Source: Planctomycetota bacterium (GTDB lineage: Bacteria; Planctomycetota; Phycisphaerae; Sedimentisphaerales; Anaerohalosphaeraceae). Taken from it: a DNA stretch of 64,000 bases. The notes beneath the pieces are model-generated. The model had not been told where the DNA came from. It was given only the letters and a program-made list of their open reading frames with translations, and did not search any database. Each line of letters starts with the position of its first letter. Positions within the stretch are counted from its first letter, which is position 1. The stretch lies in the NCBI GenBank assembly GCA_013349435.1, contig DUZQ01000001.1, positions 25,877 through 89,876 of the forward strand. The letters are read 5' to 3'. Positions 10,660 to 18,514 of this stretch are shown piece after piece. The translations under genes were made by a program, and so were the position numbers.

Positions 10660-11394
10660 ATGGCAGAAGAAATCGACATAAAAAAGGTTGCCCGACAGCA
10701 TCTCGATATGGACAGGTTTTTCGCGGGGGATTTTAGCATTAAATCCGAAAAGAGCCGGACCCGGGAGCAGAGCTTACAAGCCGAAGCCGACCAGGCAGCC
10801 GGCCGGATGGAACGAATCGCCGGCCGGGTTCGCGCCTGCCGCAGGTGTCCGCTCGGCGAGCTTCGGACCAACGCGGTTCCCGGGGAAGGTGGTTGGCGGG
10901 GATGTATTGCATTTATAGGTGAGGCCCCCGGAGCCGATGAAGATGCACAAGGCCGGCCTTTTGTGGGCAGAGCGGGTAAGCTATTGGATAAGATAATCGC
11001 GGCGATGGGACTGAAGCGCCAGGATGTATTTATCGGGAACATATTAAAATGTCGCCCGCCGGATAACCGCGACCCCCGACCGGATGAGATTGTCAAGTGT
11101 CTGCCCTACCTGCAGGAACAGTTGGATGTGCTCAAACCTGAGACAATCGTTGCTTTGGGGGCGCACGCGGCAAGAACATTACTGGATAACAACAAATCAA
11201 TCGGCCAGCTTCGGGGCAAGTTTCATGATTACTACCCCGGTGCAATGGCGAAGCCTATTAAGCTTATGGCGACGTATCACCCCGCCTATCTGCTTCGCAA
11301 CTATTCGGACGCCAGCCGAAGAGCTGTCTGGGAGGATATGCAGCAGGTATTGAAAGAGCTCGGCCTGCCGATACCCGACCACGGGCGCAAGTAA
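10660..11394 (+). CDS. uracil-DNA glycosylase, family 4
   Basis: GEAPGADEDAQGRPFVGRAGKLLD, CRRCPL and HPAYLLRN motifs. ORF 10591.. trimmed to the ATG at 10660 (MAEEIDIKK). Confidence 0.85.
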   Translation: MAEEIDIKKVARQHLDMDRFFAGDFSIKSEKSRTREQSLQAEADQAAGRMERIAGRVRACRRCPLGELRTNAVPGEGGWRGCIAFIGEAPGADEDAQGRPFVGRAGKLLDKIIAAMGLKRQDVFIGNILKCRPPDNRDPRPDEIVKCLPYLQEQLDVLKPETIVALGAHAARTLLDNNKSIGQLRGKFHDYYPGAMAKPIKLMATYHPAYLLRNYSDASRRAVWEDMQQVLKELGLPIPDHGRK

Positions 11395-11447
11395 AACCAA
11401 CTTAAAATACTTCCTGGCTCAGTTGCTTCGGCGGCGAAATATCTTGT

Positions 11448-12581
11448 CTAAAAACTCATCACGGTACGAAATCCACCGTAACTTCTGAGGGTCTTCGGGG
11501 TGGCATATCCGCGGTGTGCGGTACGAGAAGTCAGATGGTCGTACTGGAGGCAGCCGCCACGGAAAACGCGTCGCCAGTCACTTTCGGGGCCTCGCGGATT
11601 ATCGTAAGGACTCCAGCTATAGTAATCCATGTTGTACCAGTCATTACACCATTCCCAGACATTGCCGGCCATATCGTACAGCCCATACCCGTTAGCCTGA
11701 TAGTATCCAACCGGAGTTGTATATGGATAGCTGCCGGATTCATAAGGGTCGCCGGAATCGTACCAGTTGGCCTTTGAGTAATTGGGGTCGTTGCCCCAGG
11801 GGTACATGTAGTACTTAAGTCCGCCTCGTGCCGCATACTCCCATTCGGCCTCAGTCGGCAGGCGATAGCTATAGGCGACAAAGTTACAAGTACTGGTGGC
11901 CAAGTCGTAACAGTCCGGACGGCCCTCCTGAGCGCTGCGCCAGTTACAGTAACCGACCGCTCCAAACCAGCTTACCCGCAGCATCGGGTGATTTTCTTTA
12001 CCTGCGGCGACGCTGAATGTACTGCCGTCCCACAGGATTCTGCTGTCGGAATCGTATTCATGTGTGTCGCAGTAGGGTTCATTGGCGTCAAGGCCATATA
12101 CTATCGGCCCGTCGCGTACCTCTATGAGGTTCTCGGAAAGAGCCGAGTTCAGGAACGTGCAATACTGCTGGTTTGTCACTTCGTATCTATCCATACAGAA
12201 TGAATCGACATAAACGAAATGATTGGGTTCTTCGGCTGGGCTGCCGACATCGTAATGGTCTCCCATCTCATACTCGCCGCCTCCGATGAATACCATACCC
12301 GCCGGGGCGATCGCCAGCCAGTGTCGGGCGAAAACGAGAAAATCAAATATGTCGATTATGCCATCGTTGGGATCGGATATATCGCAGATATGATTCCAGC
12401 CGGACTCGCCACTCTGTGTCTGCCATGCTGCTGCAAACACCGCAAAGTCGGTACCATCTACATCCTTATCCGAATCAAAGTCACCGGACACAACACTATC
12501 GGCGATAACAGTAAATCCAAAGACCCACGAGATGGCTACGGACATGATGATTAACAAAATGGGCCGCGATTGATCCTTCAT
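11448..12581 (-). CDS. secreted formylglycine-generating-enzyme-family (FGE-sulfatase/SUMF1 domain) protein with an N-terminal dockerin-like module
   Basis: Trimmed to the ATG at 12579-12581, which has GGAGG upstream. A signal-like N-terminus is followed by GDFDSDKDVDGTDFAVFAAAW...NHICDISDPNDGIIDIFDFLVFARHWL, then the FGE motifs RVSWFGAVGYCNWRS, YRLPTEAEWEYAARGG, GNVWEWCNDWY and RVFRGG. Confidence 0.85.
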   Translation of the reverse strand: MKDQSRPILLIIMSVAISWVFGFTVIADSVVSGDFDSDKDVDGTDFAVFAAAWQTQSGESGWNHICDISDPNDGIIDIFDFLVFARHWLAIAPAGMVFIGGGEYEMGDHYDVGSPAEEPNHFVYVDSFCMDRYEVTNQQYCTFLNSALSENLIEVRDGPIVYGLDANEPYCDTHEYDSDSRILWDGSTFSVAAGKENHPMLRVSWFGAVGYCNWRSAQEGRPDCYDLATSTCNFVAYSYRLPTEAEWEYAARGGLKYYMYPWGNDPNYSKANWYDSGDPYESGSYPYTTPVGYYQANGYGLYDMAGNVWEWCNDWYNMDYYSWSPYDNPRGPESDWRRVFRGGCLQYDHLTSRTAHRGYATPKTLRSYGGFRTVMSF

Positions 12582-12970
12582 TTTACCTTCCTCCAAATCA
12601 ATCTTTAGCCCCCACATTTTTACCCTTTTATTGTACCACTTGTCGGACGAAAGTCAAGATTTTTTTGGTATTTTGGAAAATTCAGTCAAGGCAAAATCAG
12701 ACACTCCGGGAGGTGCCTCAAAGAGCAAAAAATTGGAACTTTTAAAAATTTGCCCCGTGAAAACAGAAAAAAATAAGAAAAATTGAAAAAAATGAAAAAA
12801 TTTTTACATTTCTGGACATACAGAATCCCTTTGTAGGACAACCGGCCCCCGGCTTGATATCCGCTTATAAAATAAGACATTACAAGCGTCAAATATCAGG
12901 ACCTGGTTTGTCCGAAATTGTTTTTTATGAACGGGAAACCGGTTTTTTTTGTTTTTTTTCAATTTTTTTG

Positions 12971-12998
12971 TTTACAAGGGTTCATTTTGTGTTACAAT
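12971..12998 (+). promoter_or_regulatory. sigma70-like promoter candidate for the PEP-CTERM gene
   Basis: TTTACA (12971-12976), a 16-nt spacer, then TACAAT (12993-12998), preceded by long T tracts. It is followed by the hairpin TTAGAGGGG-AAAAGTA-CCCTCTAA (about 13010-13035). Confidence 0.4.
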
Positions 12999-13073
12999 CA
13001 ACGCGTTGTTTTAGAGGGGAAAAGTACCCTCTAAATAAAGAGATGGAAGAGGAAAAGGTGAAATGGAGGAGTA

Positions 13074-13811
13074 GTGAGGAGGAATAGTACAAGGAGGAGC
13101 GTTTTTTGGGGAGTGGTTTTATCATCGCTCATTTTGTGCGCGCCCGCAATGGCCGAGTTGGGCTATACCGATTGGTTCGAGAACGGTGAGCCTACGATGC
13201 TCTCTATTTTAGGGGGGATTTACGGCGGCACTTGGTCTAACGGAGGCCCCGATTATACCAACGGCGATATCACGGTATATCGAGTTTACGATTTTGATGA
13301 CGGCCAGGAGAGCATACATATAGTCGATGGTGACCAGTTCGATATTGACCAGGTCTGGACTGACGGCATTGCAACTGTTACAGCCCAAGCCAAGTACGCG
13401 GGCCTAAACCAATCCTTCGGATGGAACCAGGGAGGGACCGATCCCTGCAATTACCAGGAGTTGCTATCTTATGACGGCCCTTCAGGGGTCATTGAAGGCG
13501 GCCCGGTTGTTGAAATTGATATCGAAGGAGACTTCCTCTGGGGAATTCAACCCAACGGAGATGAGTGGTGGTCTAAGATGTCGAACAACTCTGATGGCGG
13601 GATGGACCACCTGATAACCTTTTTCGTTGAGGGAGTAGGAGAGCCTGACGAAACCGTCTGGCTGTTGTTCTGGGAAGACCTGCCGTCATCGAGTTGGGAC
13701 CAGGATTATCAGGACTTTGTTGTTGAAATAAGGGCCAGCATTCCCGAGCCTGCGACAATGTTCCTGCTTGGTCTCGGTGGATTGGCACTGCTGAAAAAGC
13801 GCAGGAAGTAA
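13074..13811 (+). CDS. PEP-CTERM sorting-domain secreted protein
   Basis: Signal peptide (RRSVFWGVVLSSLILCAPAMA). The C-terminus IPEPATMFLLGLGGLALLKKRRK gives PEP plus a TM helix plus a basic tail. GTG start. Confidence 0.8.
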   Translation: MRRNSTRRSVFWGVVLSSLILCAPAMAELGYTDWFENGEPTMLSILGGIYGGTWSNGGPDYTNGDITVYRVYDFDDGQESIHIVDGDQFDIDQVWTDGIATVTAQAKYAGLNQSFGWNQGGTDPCNYQELLSYDGPSGVIEGGPVVEIDIEGDFLWGIQPNGDEWWSKMSNNSDGGMDHLITFFVEGVGEPDETVWLLFWEDLPSSSWDQDYQDFVVEIRASIPEPATMFLLGLGGLALLKKRRK

Positions 13812-13832
13812 GAGAATTATTTTGAAAATCAC

Positions 13833-13867
13833 AGGGCCGCAACGTAAAACTTGCGGCCCTTTTTTTA
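13833..13867 (+). terminator. rho-independent terminator
   Basis: AGGGCCGCAA (13833-13842), loop CGTAAAAC, TTGCGGCCCT (13851-13860), then TTTTTTT. Confidence 0.85.
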
Positions 13868-13869
13868 TT

Positions 13870-14140
13870 CTTATGAATGTCATTATGTCATTCCAGCATC
13901 GTATCCCCGCATCAGGTGCGGGGTAAACTCCGTACGGCATAAACTCCAGCAGGAATCCACAAACTTCGGCAAGAGAATGTATTGTAAATCCCTCCTTCGC
14001 ACGAAGCTTCCTTCTGCGTTGAAACTACGAAGGACAAGTCGAAGGACAAGCAAGTTTGGAATGACAAAAGTCGATGGATTGAGATTCTTTCCTTCGACAA
14101 GCTCAGGACAGGCTAACTTCGCTCAGAATGACGGCGAGAC
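13870..14140. repeat. mosaic intergenic repeat cluster
   Basis: Contains a copy of the ~70-nt hairpin element (13887-13958), GAAGGACAAG x2, and GAGATTCTTTCCTTCGACAAGCTCAGGACAGGCTAACTTCGCTCAGAATGAC. These modules are shared with 345-800, 3095-3360 and 57043-57080. Confidence 0.85.
13887..13958 (+). repeat. ~70-nt hairpin repeat, copy 1
   Basis: GTCATTCCAGCATCGTATCCCCGCATCAGGTGCGGGGTAAACTCCGTACGGCATAAACTCCAGCAGGAATCC, with a 7-bp GC stem CCCCGCA/TGCGGGG. Confidence 0.9.
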
Positions 14141-14148
14141 GATTGCAG

Positions 14149-15177
14149 CTAAAAAATCTTGTCAACGATAAGTTTTGCACTGAGCAGGATATCGACGCCG
14201 AGGCCCGCACATAAAAGAATCCATCTTAGAGGTCGCCACCGGCAGCCGGCCCTTGTTATGAAAAAGATGCAGGCAGTCAGGACGCAGGCCAGGCCGTACA
14301 TCTCGGCGGATGCTCCAAAAGCGGCTGGTGATTTTAATGCGGCCGGCGTTATTAAGAGCGCCAATGCGGCGGAGGCCCCGACACACAGCAGAATCCACTT
14401 TCTATCGACCCGTCCGGCCAGCACCAGGCCCTGCAAGCCCAATCCAACCAAGACCGAACAATAAAGCGCGGGAACCAGAGCCCAGACCACAGGCGGTGTT
14501 TGCATAACCGCCGGTGCAAAGGCAAGGACCAGTCCTGCCGCGACTATTATCATCACTTTAATCCTGTGAATCGCCAGATACATAAACAGGCCCATCAAGC
14601 CGACCACCAGCGGCACGTGGTAAAAGCCGAAGATAAACTCGTGAGGCTTCAAGGCCAGTGGCGCGATAAGGCCGAGCACATCGGACGGGTTCAGTTTTGC
14701 ATCCAGAGGCACCGGAAACAACGGCCCAAGACCGGTTTGTGCGCAGAGCCAAAAGAACAACGGTATAATGAGAAACGGCGGCAGCACCAAAGCTGCGGAC
14801 GCAATAGTTGTTAAAGCGGACCTGCCTTTTCGAGCCTTCCAAAAGGCAGCAGGACAAAACAGCCAAGGCACCGCAGCAAGCACAATGACAGCTGACGGGT
14901 GGTATGCGGCGAATCCGAGGGCAAAGGGGCTGAACCCATAAGCGGCACCGGCGAAAAGTAAGCCGCCAAAGGCACTTATCCATCGCCTGCTTAAGGTAAA
15001 ACAACCTAATGCGCCGCCGGCGCCGCCGACGACAAAAAGATATTGCAGTGGTTTAAAATTTTCGAAGTACGGCCCATAAAGATACACACTAAAGGCGATG
15101 TAAAGTACCGCTGCTGCGGCAAATGTGCTGTGCTTTTTTATGCGTGCTGCAACATTATTTCGGCTGTTATTTTGCAT
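14149..15177 (-). CDS. polytopic integral membrane protein, unknown function
   Basis: 342 aa with about 9-10 hydrophobic segments rich in Ala/Leu/Gly. I recognised no family. Confidence 0.7.
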   Translation of the reverse strand: MQNNSRNNVAARIKKHSTFAAAAVLYIAFSVYLYGPYFENFKPLQYLFVVGGAGGALGCFTLSRRWISAFGGLLFAGAAYGFSPFALGFAAYHPSAVIVLAAVPWLFCPAAFWKARKGRSALTTIASAALVLPPFLIIPLFFWLCAQTGLGPLFPVPLDAKLNPSDVLGLIAPLALKPHEFIFGFYHVPLVVGLMGLFMYLAIHRIKVMIIVAAGLVLAFAPAVMQTPPVVWALVPALYCSVLVGLGLQGLVLAGRVDRKWILLCVGASAALALLITPAALKSPAAFGASAEMYGLACVLTACIFFITRAGCRWRPLRWILLCAGLGVDILLSAKLIVDKIF

Positions 15178-15390
15178 TAACGCCTCTTTTTATTTAACGG
15201 CCCGGAAATAGAATCGTCATAATGACGAAGTTTTCTTCACTGTTTATAATTGGCACAGACACCTGTTTAGGACCCGATGAGAGGCTGAAAATATTTGCTG
15301 CATCCATTTATATTCCAAAAACGGATAAAAACTGGCGCCTGTCCTTTTTCTGTTGCCCGAAGCATGACTACATATTAACATTGAAGCATT

Positions 15391-16113
15391 ATGCCCGACA
15401 AAAGAACGCACAGAGGTGCTCATCCTGAAGATGCGAAACTGTTTTCGGCCAGGTATCTGAATAACCTGCGTTCGGCGGTTGCGGATTACTCACTTTTGCT
15501 TAGTAAGGGCTATGCGCAGAAAAGCACGCTGAAACTTGTGGGGGACCGGTTTAGCCTGACCGACCGGCAAAGGCTCGCCGTGATGCGCTGCGGCTGCAGC
15601 GATGCCCAGCTTGCGACCCGCCGAGCAAACGAGGTGAAAGTTGCAGAGCTTGGAGCCGAGCCGATTGTCGTTGACGGGTACAACGTGCTGATAACCACAG
15701 AGGCGGCGCTAGCGGGTGCGCCGATATTTCGTTCACGGGACGGTTGCTATCGTGATTTAGCCGGTATCCACGGCTCATATCGCAAGGTAACAGAGACAAT
15801 CCCGGCCATCGAGATTAGTGCAAAATGCCTGCAGGATTTACGCATAGAAAGCGCTCTGTGGCTGTTCGACAGCCCTGTTTCCAACAGCGGCCGGCTGAAA
15901 ACGATAATTGCCTCACTTGCCGAAGAAAACGGCTGGCCGTGGCAGATAGAACTACTCACCAATCCCGACGTTAAGCTGATTGAAACCGATATAACAGCAG
16001 CTACCGGCGACAGCGACGTCCTCGACAAGTGCGGAAAATGGACCAATCTTACGGCATATATTATAGCCACCGCTATACCTGATGCGAAAATAATCGACTT
16101 ATCAATACCGTAG
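15391..16113 (+). CDS. DUF434 plus NYN/PIN-like (DUF5616-type) domain protein
   Basis: The N-terminus RGAHPEDAKLF...LRSAVADYSLLLSKGYAQKSTLKLVGDRFSLTDRQRLAVMR matches my memory of DUF434. The C-terminal part (VVDGYNVLIT...) looks like a NYN-type nuclease fold. Recall only. Confidence 0.55.
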   Translation: MPDKRTHRGAHPEDAKLFSARYLNNLRSAVADYSLLLSKGYAQKSTLKLVGDRFSLTDRQRLAVMRCGCSDAQLATRRANEVKVAELGAEPIVVDGYNVLITTEAALAGAPIFRSRDGCYRDLAGIHGSYRKVTETIPAIEISAKCLQDLRIESALWLFDSPVSNSGRLKTIIASLAEENGWPWQIELLTNPDVKLIETDITAATGDSDVLDKCGKWTNLTAYIIATAIPDAKIIDLSIP

Positions 16114-16222
16114 CCGGGCTTCAAAGCTTTTTGTGTTAAATAGGCATTGCAAAAGGTGGGATTTTGCACTATACTTAAAGGCAGAGAACGGAAGTTGTGG
16201 TTTTAGGGTGGGCCATTCGGTT

Positions 16223-16295
16223 GTCATTCCTGCACCGCATCCCCGCATCGCGGTGCGGGGTAAACTTAGTGCAGGATAAACTACAGCAGGAATCC
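16223..16295 (+). repeat. ~70-nt hairpin repeat, copy 2
   Basis: GTCATTCCTGCACCGCATCCCCGCATCGCGGTGCGGGGTAAACTTAGTGCAGGATAAACTACAGCAGGAATCC. Confidence 0.9.
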
Positions 16296-16321
16296 TGGTT
16301 TCGGAAAAATGGATTCCGGGT

Positions 16322-16382
16322 CAAGCCCGGAATGACAACTGCAAGCCCGGAATGGCAACTGCAGGTCCGGAATGGCAAATCG
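16322..16382 (+). repeat. 20-nt tandem repeat x3
   Basis: CAAGCCCGGAATGACAACTG / CAAGCCCGGAATGGCAACTG / CAGGTCCGGAATGGCAAATCG. Confidence 0.9.
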
Positions 16383-16498
16383 CAGGGTGGGCCGGTTCGG
16401 CTGCCCCTTCGGTTTCGGTCAGGGCTAAAGGCTGCTTCAGAGCAGACTCTGTGGCCCACGCGGATTTTTTATGAGATTCTGTTTTTGGAAGGTTTGTT

Positions 16499-17947
16499 AT
16501 GGGAACTGTTGGGCAGGTCCAAAGTGATGTTTTGAAAATAGAGCCGGGCCTTAAGCATAAGGTAGCGGATATTTCATTGGCCGATTGGGGCCGGGCGGAG
16601 ATGAAACTGGCCGCCAACCAGATGCCGGGGCTGATGGCGGTACGCCGGAAGTACGGGCCGGATAAACCTTTGAAGGGTTTGAAGATTACGGGCAGTCTGC
16701 ACATGACAATTCAGACGGCGATGCTGATTGAGACATTAGAGATTCTCGGAGCGGATATTCGGTGGGCATCGTGCAATATTTTCTCGACTCAGGACCATGC
16801 CGCTGCTGCAATCGCAAAGGCGGGCAGAAGCAGTGTATTTGCCTGGAAAGGTGAAACGTTGGCCGATTACTGGTGGTGCACGGAGCAGGCGCTTACCTGG
16901 CCGGACGGAAGCGGGCCTAATATGATTGTCGATGACGGCGGCGATGCGACTTTGTTTGTGTTTCAGGGTATAAAGGTTGAAAAAGACCCGTCGCTTCTGG
17001 AGGCAGCCTACGACAGTAAAGACATGCAGCTTTTGATGGCGCGCCTTGCGGCAAGTTACAAAGCCGACCCTCACCGATGGACTAATATCGCCGCCGATAT
17101 ACGCGGTGTTTCCGAAGAGACGACAACGGGTGTGCACCGGCTTTATCAAATGGCCAGGGCGGGTGAACTGCCGTTTGCCGCGGTTAACGTCAATGATTCG
17201 GTAACCAAGAGCAAATTTGATAATCTGTACGGCTGCCGCGAATCCATAGGCGACGGTATCAAGCGTGCGACCGACATTATGATAGCCGGCAAGGTGGCGG
17301 TGGTTTGCGGTTATGGGGACGTCGGCAAGGGCTGTGCACAGGCAATGAAAGGTCTCGGTGCCAGAGTACTGATTACCGAGGTTGACCCGATTTGTGCCTT
17401 GCAGGCACTTATGGAAGGTTACGAAGTAACAACGATGGAAGAAGCAGCCCCAATCGGTGATATATTCATCACAGCAACGGGCTGCTGCGATGTGATACGC
17501 GGCGAGCACATGGAGCAGATGAAAAATGAGGCGATTGTCTGCAATATCGGCCACTTCGACAGTGAGGTGGATATGGCTTATCTTGAGACGACCGAAGGCT
17601 GTGTGAAAACCAATATCAAGCCTCAGGTTGATAAATGGATGCTCAAGTCCGGCCGGTCGATTATTATGCTCGCAGAGGGCCGGCTGGTCAACCTCGGCTG
17701 TGCGACCGGACATCCGAGTTTTGTCATGAGTAACAGTTTCACCAACCAGTGTCTTGCGCAAATGATGTTGGCCGCTGAAAACCTTGAGCCGGACGTTTAC
17801 ACGCTGCCTAAAAAGTTGGATGAAGAGGTGGCGAGGCTGCACGTAACAGAGCTGGGCGCTAAGCTTACGAAGTTAAATCAAAAACAGGCGGATTATCTCG
17901 GCATTCCCGTGGATGGGCCTTTTAAGCCTGAGCATTACAGGTATTAG
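16499..17947 (+). CDS. ahcY: adenosylhomocysteinase
   Basis: 482 aa with [17 protein letters not shown]-like NQMPGLM, DDGGD, the [11 protein letters not shown] motif and a C-terminal PEHYRY. Confidence 0.95.
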   Translation: MGTVGQVQSDVLKIEPGLKHKVADISLADWGRAEMKLAANQMPGLMAVRRKYGPDKPLKGLKITGSLHMTIQTAMLIETLEILGADIRWASCNIFSTQDHAAAAIAKAGRSSVFAWKGETLADYWWCTEQALTWPDGSGPNMIVDDGGDATLFVFQGIKVEKDPSLLEAAYDSKDMQLLMARLAASYKADPHRWTNIAADIRGVSEETTTGVHRLYQMARAGELPFAAVNVNDSVTKSKFDNLYGCRESIGDGIKRATDIMIAGKVAVVCGYGDVGKGCAQAMKGLGARVLITEVDPICALQALMEGYEVTTMEEAAPIGDIFITATGCCDVIRGEHMEQMKNEAIVCNIGHFDSEVDMAYLETTEGCVKTNIKPQVDKWMLKSGRSIIMLAEGRLVNLGCATGHPSFVMSNSFTNQCLAQMMLAAENLEPDVYTLPKKLDEEVARLHVTELGAKLTKLNQKQADYLGIPVDGPFKPEHYRY

Positions 17948-18038
17948 AGAGTTCGTAGTTCTGAGACTGAGCTAATGAGCATCGTGGGCGGCTGGAGGGC
18001 TTTTGCGTCTGCGGAGCTTTTTTGCGTGAGCACATAGT

Positions 18039-18449
18039 ATGTGGGAACATTTTCATCATCAGGCTGACATCGGGATACGGGGTGTGGGCAGGTCGCCGGC
18101 CAAGGCTTTCGAACAGGCAGCTCTTGCCCTAACAGCCGTTATGTGCCAGCCGGATAAGGTCGAGACCGAACAGGAAATTAAAATCGAATGCGAGGCACCT
18201 GACCTGGAGCTTTTATTCATCGATTGGCTAAGTGCTATCATCTATGAAGTGGCAACCCGCGGCATGTTATTCGGCCGATTTGAGGTCGAAATAGCAGCTA
18301 ACAAGCTGAGCGGCAGGGCGTGGGGAGAACAAATCGACGCCGAAAAGCACAGGACCATCGTGGAAGTCAAAGGAGCTACATACGCCGAGCTTAAAGTTTC
18401 ATGCAACAAGGATGGGCAATGGGTGGCCCAATGTGTGGTGGATGTGTAA
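18039..18449 (+). CDS. archease (RtcB activator)
   Basis: 136 aa; HQADIGIRG near the N-terminus and VKGATY near the C-terminus. It lies immediately upstream of rtcB. Confidence 0.85.
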   Translation: MWEHFHHQADIGIRGVGRSPAKAFEQAALALTAVMCQPDKVETEQEIKIECEAPDLELLFIDWLSAIIYEVATRGMLFGRFEVEIAANKLSGRAWGEQIDAEKHRTIVEVKGATYAELKVSCNKDGQWVAQCVVDV

Positions 18450-18514
18450 AATAAGTGCATAAGGGCATAAGTGCATAAGTAGGCGAATGTGACGGGATTG
18501 CTGAGGTGGTGGCT

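Larger units (their letters stand above)
16190..16480. repeat. mosaic intergenic repeat cluster
   Basis: Contains hairpin element copy 2 (16223-16295), GGATTCCGGGTCAAGCCCGGAATGAC, and a 3 x 20-nt tandem array (16322-16382). Confidence 0.85.

Noticed and set aside
11448-12581. Possible diversity-generating retroelement: an FGE/CLec-fold target protein plus an Avd-family four-helix-bundle gene at 55223
   Set aside because: I saw no reverse transcriptase ORF anywhere in the window and no template/variable repeat pair. The FGE C-terminus is not Asn/AAY-rich, and the two genes are 43 kb apart.
13074-13811. Calling a complete PEP-CTERM/exosortase system
   Set aside because: Only the substrate-type protein is present. 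I could identify no exosortase or EPS locus gene in the window.
13851-14171. ORFs 13851..14171(+), 13912..14100(-) and 13686..13940(-)
   Set aside because: They lie in the repeat cluster downstream of a strong terminator, and their sequence is shared with other non-coding clusters.
16175-16704. ORFs 16175..16459(-), 16197..16535(+) and 16321..16704(-)
   Set aside because: They are built from the hairpin repeat and the 20-nt tandem array, or run antisense into the ahcY 5' end.
16736-17842. 368-aa ORF antisense to ahcY
   Set aside because: It lies entirely inside the well-supported ahcY gene on the opposite strand. It is rich in Arg, His and Cys with a low-complexity composition typical of antisense frames.
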